From contig CM082581.2 of assembly GCA_040954595.2 (NCBI GenBank), positions 620,001 to 684,000 on the forward strand: 64,000 bases of DNA, read 5' to 3'. The position numbers were made by a program, and so were the translations under genes. Origin of the DNA: Balanoglossus misakiensis (taxonomy: Eukaryota; Animalia; Hemichordata). The notes beneath the pieces are model-generated. The model was given only the letters and a program-made list of their open reading frames with translations, was not told where the DNA came from and searched no databases. Shown one piece after another: positions 49,892 through 59,900 of the stretch (its first letter is position 1; every line of letters begins with the position of its first letter).

Positions 49892-50167
49892 TAGTCCGTG
49901 GGCTGGAGGGGTCCACCGAGCACCCCCCCCCCCATAAACCTACCACTTGGGTATTTTTTTGTTCTTTAGAACGTGCTGAACAAGAAAAAAAGATGTTAAC
50001 ATTGAATATTTTGGGTTGCACTACCCCTCCGGGGTGGTTTTTGAATGGTATGTGCCGCTCAAAATGGCGAAAAATGGGTTGGGGTAGGGGGTACTATATT
50101 CTCTCCTAAAAAATAAAACTACCATGAAATTACATAAACCTTATATTTTTAGAAAGCTTAGATACTG
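49892..50167 (+). repeat. Left TIR
   Basis: Reverse complement of 52954-53219 apart from a 10-bp indel and a few substitutions. Confidence 0.92.
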
Positions 50168-50704
50168 CTCTTTACGGGAAGCACAAACTTTATTAAACAA
50201 TATTTATGAATATTTAATTAGATGATTTTTAAATTAATTTTTTCGGCAATTTTGAAAATATTCACCCCAAAGACAACGCAACAATTGTGATTTTCTTTTT
50301 GTGAAGCAAATTTTTGACATCTTTTGGGGGTTTGGATTATTGACTTCTATTTATTAAACAAGAAAACAAATGTTAACATTAGTTATATAACAATACAATA
50401 CTTCTTTAGAGACAAGTTTGAAATGCATGTATCCTATGGGATTACGCATGGTCTTGGGGTAGGGGGTACTATATCCTCTCCTACAACAATAAAGTTAACT
50501 TCAAAGTACATAAACCTTATATTTTTAGAAAGCTTAGACACTGCTCTTTACGGGGAGTAAAATTAATTTTTGATTATTTAATTATATGATTTTTAAATTA
50601 TTTTCTTCGGCAATTTTGAAAATATTCACCCCAAAGACAAAGCAACTATTGTGATTTTTCTTTTTGTGAAGCAAATTTTTGACAACTTTTTAGGTTTGGA
50701 TTAT

Positions 50705-52953
50705 TTTTTTTATTGTCATAAACTAGACAAAACATCTCTACATCTCAAAAGAAAACAAAATGTTCAAGTACAGAAGTTTTTGAAAATATTCCAGTACCTG
50801 TAGTGTGTGTGATTCTCCATCGCCTTTGCTTGGTAAGTATCAATTTTTTGTATATTATTGAGGTAAGATAAAAATGTGCGAAGGTTTGGCAATACTGGCT
50901 TAAATTTATATTTAAAGATAACATTCTTTGAAAGTAATATAAAGTAATTCAGGGCTAACCACTCACCGTTTGTGTGGTTACTTTGAAAATTCTATTTTAT
51001 ACCCACCAAAACATCAAAAGGGGACAGCTCAATGGCAATATTACACTTTGTCTGTAATTGCAACTCTACATCCTTCCAAAAAGACAAAATACAGTCGCAT
51101 TCGAAAAATAAATGTATAAGGATTTCCTCATAATTTTCACAGAAGGTGCATTTCACAGAATCGCATTTTCCCCCTTATCTTTAAAAATGTATTTGTAGTA
51201 CAGATTCTACTAGCAGTTCTGAATTGAAAATTACGCAAAGTAGAATCCTTTGTTACAATAAATGGTAAAGCATAGTGTAATTGCGAATCAAAATTCCCGA
51301 AGAGGTCTTTCCATTTTTGCGTACATCTCATCGGTTTAAGATTATTCTTCAAAAATAACTTATTATAAGTAAAATAGAGTAGGTTTTTTTCAGGATCTAT
51401 TTGTGTAAAACATGTTTGGGTGGTCATTATTTACAGAGCCTTGTTGCTGAATCTTTCTGAACCGTGATCTTGGAATAGCGTTGATTAAACCCATATGAAG
51501 TTTGGTGAACAATTATGTCTGTTACTAAAATCTTGGAAAGATAAAATGGAACCGGAAAAATCTAATAAATCCGAAATATACATTACAACATTATCATACC
51601 AGTTTTTATAAAATATGGTAGCGTTGTTAACTTTCAGCTCTGGTTGAACCATATACACTTTTTTATGTTATTAATAGGGTCGGGGGGGGGGGGGGTTGAC
51701 CAACATAGTAGTACTGAGTACCAGAAGCTATGACGTGAAAATCTGTTTCTGGCAAACTCCACGACCTGAGCGGGGGTGAAGTGGGTAAGATAGCAGGGGA
51801 TATACCCACAGTTTAAACATTTCTATCCACTGAGAATATTGATTGGACATTAATCTGTTAATCCACGAAGCATGCACTGCTTGAACGAATGAGGGAAGAT
51901 GGGTCATTCGCAAACCCCACTCATCACAATTACAACATAATCTTAATCTATTGACTTTATCGGGTTTTGAATTCCGATAAAACTCTAATAAGTGTACATA
52001 TTTGATTATCTGACATGGGAGGTAAGGATGAGAAAATATGAATAAACTTTGACAAAGCAAGTGTTTTAGCTATTGTAATCTTGCCAAATAAGGTCACAGG
52101 TCGCCATGACCACTTAGTAAGCAGTGTGGACACTTCCCTTACTTTTGGTGTAAAATTTAACATATCGAGCCCAACAAGATCAACGTTCAGGTTAATACCA
52201 AGAACTGTTAACGGTTCATCAACCCATAATAAGTTCTTGTTTGGCAACAAAATATCATGTGAATGGCATTTAGCGCCAAACCAAACCAATTTAGTTTTTT
52301 GGTAGTTAATTCGCAAACCCGACAGAAAAGTAAAGAAACCCAAGGTAGCAAACAGATTTGTCAGAGAACTTTCAGAACCATCTAAATATACAAAAATATC
52401 ATCTGCGTATTGCCCCAGTAATTTTTTTTTATCTCTAAGTGTAATTCCTTCTATATTACTATGGGCTCTGATTTCATGCGCAAGTTTTTCAACACAGGTG
52501 ATAAACAGGTACGGTGATAGAGGATCACCTTGTCTAACACCTCTCTCGAGGGGAAAAATCAGGAAAGTTTCCGTTATTTATAACACAACTAGTGGTGTTT
52601 TTATAAAACACTTTGACCCATTTTCTGAAAGAGGGATAAAAATTAAACTTTCTCAATGCTTTATCGATAAATTCCCAAGAAAGCGTGTCAAACGCCATTT
52701 CAAAGTCTAGAAGTACAAGAAAACCTTGTCTATCTTTGAAGTTAACAATACATCATCAATCAAACGTGTATTTTCACCAATATACCTTCCTTTCCTCAAA
52801 AAAACTTTCTAGTCAGGGTGAATAATTTTTGGCAAGAACCGTTTCATACGGTTTGCTATAACACCAGATGCAATCTTATCATCCGTGTTTAGCAATGTAA
52901 TACGGCGCCAATTTTTCATGTGAAATCTATTCTTGTTGGGTTTCGGGAAAGAC
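50705..52953 (-). mobile_element. Degenerate 5'-truncated L1/Tx1-clade LINE ORF2 fragment
   Basis: Frameshifted minus-strand pieces: NWRRITLLNTDDKI, RGVRQGDPLSPYLF, QYADD, SGLRINYQKT, LFGKITIAKTLALSK, LRNFQFR, C-terminal C..C...HLFFEC. A-rich tail at ~50703-50714. Confidence 0.85.
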
Positions 52954-53219
52954 CAGTATCTAAGCTTTCTAAAAATATGAGGTTTATGTAATTTCATGGT
53001 AGTTTTATTTTTTTAGGAGAGAATATAGTACCCCCTACCCCAACCCATTTTTCGCGGCACATACCATTCAAAAACCACCCCGGAGGGGTAGTGCAACCCA
53101 AAATATTCAATGTTAACATCTTTTTTCTTGTTCAGCACGTTCTAAAGAACAAAAAATACCCAAGTGGTAGGTTTATGGGGGGGGGGGGTGCCTGGTGGAC
53201 CCCTTCAGCCCACGGACTA
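52954..53219 (-). repeat. Right TIR
   Basis: Inverted copy of 49892-50167. Confidence 0.92.
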
Positions 53220-53474
53220 AGAGATATTGACGGAATTCAAGATAAAATAGCCATTTTGGCCATATTTTGACAAAAATGGTAAATTTTTAAAAAATCATAA
53301 AAAATTAACTCTTTTCTTCATTTTCGGAAATATTATGGAGCATGAAGTGTCGTTCTCTTGTAAAAAGTGCTGCAAATTCCAGAAAAGGCGGTATAATTTG
53401 AATCACCCAAGACAAAATTACCATTTTCGACTTTTTTTTCGAAAAATTGTCTTTTTTACAATATAAATAAGAAT
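53220..53474. repeat. Macrosatellite AT block between two insertions
   Basis: Continues exactly where 49891 stopped (AGAGATATTGACGGAATTC...). Confidence 0.95.
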
Positions 53475-54627
53475 TAAAGCTGCAAGCAGCGTTGGCGGGG
53501 CACAAGCGGTTCCCATGGTAAACAGCAAATGCCAAGGCTGTATCTGCTGTGGATACCAAGATATGGGAAAGTAGGTCAAAGGTCACCTGAGGTCACCCCA
53601 AATTTGGGCAAAAAAATCGGAACCCATACTAGTCTAGGTCCAACAAAAACCAGACCCCTAGCTTTATTGGTTCGCCTAGAATTAGGTATGCGCATAATTA
53701 ATGAGGTCTAGTGTAAGGCATAAAATTTTGACCCCAGAGTGGGCCATGTCCAACTAAAACCAGACCTCTAGCCCTATTGGTTAGCCTGGAATTATATATG
53801 CAGAAAAATGATGTTTCAGAAATAGGTCAAGGGTCATTGCCAAAATTACCAAAATATTTGTGTCATGTCCTGGCAGCATTGGTACCCATGTCCACAAAAT
53901 TCATGACTGTGGTGCTTTGACAAGAGGAGGTATGGGGAATATGCATATATAATTAGTTGTTTTAAAACCGGGTCAAAGGTCATGTGAAAATTGCCCCGAA
54001 AAATTGTGACAACTTCCGGTCATATGATGACTCATATCCGAAAAAAGAATTTTTATGCTGTCAACATTTTGGCTACAAAACGGAATTTTCATTTTTCAAT
54101 GGTTTTCCGAAAATCCAACATGGCCGCCATAATGATCGACCAATCACAGTGCGCTTCGCAAACTTGATAGACATAGGTTAGGTGACCACATACCCCGAAT
54201 CCCGTGACTCGGCAATCGCTGGTTCTGGAGAAGAAGATTTTTAAAGTTTTAAGTAGTGATTCAGAAAAACAATTGTAGCAAAAAAACTTTGTGTGACGTC
54301 ATGATTTCAATGGGCTAAAATGATGGACAGAAGGTAGGCTACCTGCACACCAAATTTGAACTCGATCAGCCCAGTGGTTTTTGAGAAGGACTCGTTTAAC
54401 GATTTTCAGGAAATCCAATATGGCCGCCAGGTCACGTGACTAATTAAATATTCACGAGCCACTGCACGTCTACCCATTGGCCCCTACCACCCTACCAAGT
54501 TTCAGCCCCCTAGGTGCTGCGGTTTTCCAGATGTACAATGACATATTTCTCGGAAGAAGAATAATAATAAAGAAGAAATATTCCAACAATACCAATAGGG
54601 GCACAAGCCCGATAGGCTTGTGCCCCT
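53475..54627 (-). mobile_element. Non-autonomous Helentron-associated element (HINE / DINE-1-like)
   Basis: Terminal hairpin GCTGCAAGCAGC (53479-53490); subterminal GGGGCACAAGC (53497-53507); palindrome TAGGGGCACAAGCC...GGCTTGTGCCCCTA (54596-54628); (AAG/AAT)n microsatellite at ~54553-54578; AT-rich insertion site without a clear TSD (ends uncertain by ~3 bp). Confidence 0.8.
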
Positions 54628-56182
54628 AATAAATTCTTTTCTTAGTTTCAAACGGGTAGAGATACTTTCCACACGGGTTTTCTAACATTGAATTCCCGTT
54701 CATCAACTCAGATTTCCTACAGCATAAGTCGGCTAAAACCCTGACACTCTAGAGCAGAAACAGTTGCACACTGGTAACGTTGAACAAGTCGATTTTTCTA
54801 CGGCCTGGCTCGGCTAAATCTCCGTCACAATATGACAGACACTAGCGTACGTTAGCAACGTTGATCAAGTCAGATTTTCTACGGCATGGCTTGGATAAAG
54901 CCCCGGCACTCTAGAGCAGAAACACGCGTACAGAGACCACGTTGATCAAGTCTGATCTCCTACGGCTTGGCTCGACTAAAACCCCGGCACACTATGACAG
55001 ACACTAGCGTTCCGTAGCAACGTTGATCAAGACAGATTTCCTACGGCATGGCTTGGCTAAAGCCCTGGCATTCTAGAGCAGAAACACGCGTACAGAGACC
55101 ACGTTGATCTACTCACATTTCCTTCGGCCTGGCACGGCTGATGCCCCCGCACTATATATAGGACACAGACTGGCGTAAGTTAACAACTGTAATCACGTCG
55201 GGTTTCCTACGGCCTGGCTCAGCTGAAGCCCCGGCACTCTAGAGCAGAAACAGGCGTACACTGACCACGTTGATCAAGTCAGATTTCCTACGGCGTGACT
55301 CGGCTGGTGCACCGGCTCAGGCGTACATTGACCACGTTGATCAAGGCTGATCTCCTACGGCTTGGCTCGACTAAAACCCCGGCACACTATGACAGACACT
55401 AGCGTTCGTTAGCAACGTTGATCAAGTCAGATTTCCTACGGCATGGCTTGGCTGAAGCCCTGGCACTCTAGAGCAGAAACACGCGTACAGAGACCACGTT
55501 GATCAAGTCAGATTTCCTACGGCGTGAGTCGGCTGGTGCACCGGCTCTATATGACACAGACTGGCGTAAGTTATCAACGGTGATTACGTCGGATTTCCTA
55601 CGGCCTGGTTTAGCTGAAGCCCCGGCACTTTCGAGCGGAAACACGCGTACATTGACCACGATGATCAAGTCAGATCTCCTATGGCCTGGCTCGACTAAAA
55701 CCCCGGCACACCATGACAGACACTAGCGTTCGTTAGCAACGGTGATCAAGTCGGATTTCCTTCGGCCTGGCTATGCAAAAGACCCGACACTCTAGTACAA
55801 AGACGTTGGCTAAGTCGGGCAAACTAAGAGGGAAAGTCACAGCGGTTCAACACTTGACATTTGTTCGGGTAGGACTGCATTATTTCCTGTCAATTTATCG
55901 AGAAAGCCCGAATTTAACCAGGGCGTTTCAAACACCGACGTTAGTTGGGGGCACGGCCTGCAGTACTGCCGGGTAAGCTGACATCGGCGTACCGCATATA
56001 ATGTAGGGGGGGGAACAGAACGGTTCAATACTACATTTATTAGATATCAGCTAATTTTGGACAATCATCTAAAATCTAAATCATTTTTTCATATTTGGAT
56101 ATCTGATGATGTATGAAATTTCCATTATATGTAAAAATGGTGCTGATTATAAAAAATGCACTCTGAATGAGCTGATTTAATA
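54628..56182. repeat. Macrosatellite (end of AT block, expanded GC block, start of next unit)
   Basis: Same motifs as the other units; poly-G at ~56005. Confidence 0.95.
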
Positions 56183-56845
56183 TGTGACCCCTGGTATAGG
56201 CTTGGTAATGGTGTTGTCGTTAGGGCATTGCGTTGTGTAGTTTCAAACCCATTCGCTAAGGGGACACAGCTATACACTGACCCGACACACATTAATGTAC
56301 GTTCATGACGTTTATTTCTTTGGTCAGCGGCTCCATCTGTACTTGGCTGCTCGCATTGGCCAAGTCAGCAAAGAGAGAGAAAAGAATTACAATACTCACA
56401 AAACCAAAGAAAATATACAGAGCATACTTAACAGAAAATACTACGGCGCATAAGGTGCTTTCCGAGTCCAATATTCACACATTTGCAGCAAAAATCACTG
56501 AACATTCTCTCAAAATATTACAGATGATGGTTCTTTAAACACTAAAACATCATTATATTTCAATTATAGTGGTGGATGGCAATGATTCAATGCTTGCATG
56601 GGCGATTTAAAAGGAAGAGAAAAATATTACCAACCTGCTCGCATTGGCCAAGTCAGCAAAGAGACCGGTTGTGTCTCTTTGCCCCTTGAGGGCGCCGTAC
56701 ACCTGGCCAAAGTTCGCATGCAAATACGTTTAGTATTATGCAAATACTGGACAGTCATTGGGTGAACACCACCGTCAATGAACTATCAGAAACTAAGCAT
56801 TATCTTTGTATTTATATTGGAAAATCACAAAAAATCCTGGTCACA
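56183..56845 (-). repeat. 3' LTR of Gypsy element
   Basis: Direct repeat of 63307-63969 (offset 7124). Confidence 0.96.
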
Positions 56846-56948
56846 TACCCCCCTGGTTTGACAAATGACGGCCACGTCATTTACAATCGTTGATAATTAT
56901 TGTCTGAAGGAAAGTTGTTAAACTGGGGGAAAAAATTAAAGTATACTG

Positions 56949-59900
56949 TTAAACTGCTGTGGCAGTTCCACTCAACAATGACATGATAAACCCATATCTC
57001 TGTGGCGGTTTCCGATTTCTCAAGGGATATCTACGAATACGGGGCTCAGCTATTTCTTCAGAACTAATATTTTGTGTATGTGAACTGTCTAACATGACAG
57101 AATCTGAATGTGTATCTGTAGACGGTGACTGTGTTTGCACTGTGGGATCATTTGTTGTGCATCGTGTATTGGAAGTGTGCATAGTATGGGTGCTATCTGC
57201 TGACACGTCGGGACTCGGTTGCTGGGGTGACAACACAACGTCTGATGACAACACGGCATCCTCTGCATTTTCTTGGGTTGTGGACGATCGGGGAATCGTA
57301 GGCGGTGCACACGGTGATTCAACCGCTCGATGGGCAGACTTATCTTCGGGTTTTGATGTATGTGACAGGGGTGAACATCTCCTCTGGTCTGCAGCAGGGT
57401 ATTTCGCTATAGTCGCATCCCCTGGAACGATGGTGAACTCCACACAGTCTCCATCTTCATAGTCACTAATTTCTGTTTCATCTGTCATACTCGACTTGAT
57501 AGCTGGACTGCTGCTGCTGCTGATAGCTGTCTCTGTAGACTTCTCACCATCGATGGGGAGGAATGAACACAACTTCAACATATTGCGATGCAACACTCGT
57601 TGTCCCCCTCCTGACTCAGGTTTGACAACATAGACTGGCAGATCTGGTCTTTTTTCTGTTACTAGATAAGGGGTCTTTTCCCATCGGTCTCCGATCTTGT
57701 GTTTTCCAACTTCCTTTAGTTTCACCAGCACCCGGTCACCTATGGATAGTGTCTCAGCAGTAGCCTTCCTGTCATACTGGTCCTTCTGTTTCTGTCTAGC
57801 TTTAGTTGCCTGGTTACTTGCTTGATGATACGCGTCCTGGAGTCTTTCACGAAGCGCATGGGTGTATTCACCATAACCTAAGTTCTCCTTTGGCTCAGAT
57901 GACGTACCAAAGATGACATCGATCGGCAGTCGAGGATTTCGTCCGAACATTAAATAGAACGGTGCATATCCTGTAGACTCATGCCGTGTACAATTATATG
58001 CGTGCGTTAGGGCGTCAAGATGCTCCTTCCAATCACGTTTCTGTGACGGGTCTAACGTTCCCAACATATTCATCAGTGTTCTGTTAAATCTTTCAGACAT
58101 ACCGTTGCCTTCCGGATGATAGGGTGTCGTATGTGATTTGACAGTGTTTGTGATCTGACACAGTTCCTTTATCAGCGCACTCTCAAAATTTCTTCCTTGG
58201 TCGGAATGCAACCGGAGAGGGAAACCATACTGGCACATGAAGTTTTTCCACAGAACTTTGGCCACCGTTTCTGCTTTTTGGTTTTTCGTAGGATATGCTT
58301 GGGCGTATCTTGAAAAATGATCGGTCACAATGAGCACATTTTCAAATCCTCCTTTTGAAGGTTCCAAGGTCAAAAAGTCTATGCATACTAATTCGAGGGG
58401 TTCAGATGTAGTCACACTCACCAAAGGTGCCCGCACAGTCTTGACATCAGACTTCCTGAGGTTGCATCTTTCACATTGGTCACACCAGACTTTCACTTGT
58501 GTATACATCTTAGGCCAATAAAACCGTGTGCGAATCAAATCCAGAGTCTTGTCGCATCCCAAATGTCCCATCTCACTGTGAAGTTTGTGGAAAACATCCT
58601 TCCGGTACTGGAGTGGCAAAACGAGTTGCAATGTTTCGTTTCCGCTGGGGGGAGAAATTTTCCTATAGAGAACTCCATCTTGAAGGGCCAACCTGTCCCA
58701 CTGACGTAGTAATAGTCTGGCTTCAGGAGACATGTCGTTCAGTTGTCTTCTACCTGGTTTCCTGGATGAACTTTTGGCTCGAATGACTTCACGGAGTGAG
58801 GAATCCTCTTGTTGATGGAATCTCAGTTCCTTTACAGTCAAACTTGGTATGGTATCTGCATATGATGAAATATCCCGGGTACTGTTGCCAACTGCATCTT
58901 GGACACACTTTGATACATGACATACTGCTTTCAAAGTTTCTGCAACTTCTTGTTGTGGTATACGTGATAATGCGTCCGCGTTTGCATTACTCTTGCCAGG
59001 ACGATACCGTATGTCGAAATCAAACATCGCAAGCTGCGCTACCCAACGCTGACCAGTTGCATCTAATTTTGCAGTAGACATTGCATATACTAGGGGGTTG
59101 TTATCGGTAAGCACGGTGAACTGATTTCCGTATAGGTATTCCCTCAGCTTGTCTGTCACTGCCCACTTCAGACAAAGGAATTCTTGTTTGTGTGCTGGGT
59201 ATCTGGTCTCTGGCGGTCGTAACCCACGGCTACAGTAGGCAATAACTCTGTCTTTATCGTCTTGTCGCTGGGCCAGAACTGCTCCCAATCCCTCAGATGA
59301 TGCATCAATCTGCAACGTGAATGGGTTGGAAAAATCGGGGTAAGCCAAGATTGGTGCGGACAGCATTTTCGATTTCAGACAGTTGAAGGCATCTTCACAT
59401 GCTTCTGTCCAAATGAATGGTGGAACATCTTTCTTTTGTCCCTTTCCTTTCTGGCGTCTACGTGGGTCTCCAGACGTGAGGTTAAACAACGGTGCTGCAA
59501 TTTTACTGTAATCCTTGATAAACCGTCTATAGTAGCCTGTAAATCCAAGGTACTTTAGTAGATCCCTTCTGTTACTGGGTTTTGGCCATTGCTCCACCAC
59601 TTTCGTCTTTTCGGGATCTGTACTGATACCATTAGCGGACACAACATGACCAAGGTAGTGCACTTCCTCCTTCAACAGATGACACTTCTGTGGCTTTAAC
59701 TTGAGACCATGTTCGCGTAATCGGTCAAACACCAGCTGCATTCTGTCCAGGTGCTCCTCAAATGTACGCGAAAAAATGATGATGTCATCTAAATATATTA
59801 GTACAGTGGAGAAATGCTGATCACCAAGGCATGCCATCATCAGCCTCTGGAATGTAGCTGGAGCGTTCTGTAACCCGAACGGCATCCTATTTGCCTCGTA

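Larger units (their letters stand above)
49892..53219. mobile_element. Non-autonomous TIR DNA transposon, Academ-like (TAG...CTA ends, 3-bp TSD)
   Basis: ~270-bp TIRs (TAGTCCGTGGGCTG.../...CAGCCCACGGACTA). AGA duplicated at 49889-49891 and 53220-53222 relative to the empty satellite site GCAGAGATATTG. No transposase ORF. Superfamily call rests on termini and TSD only. Confidence 0.8.

Noticed and set aside
52809-52997. 62-aa ORF as a real fusion gene
   Set aside because: Chance read-through from the TIR into the LINE RT fragment; it stops after a few dozen codons.
56846-57500. env or chromodomain in the Gypsy element
   Set aside because: Only ~100 bp between the pol stop and the LTR; the pol tail is S/T-rich low complexity with no chromodomain signature.
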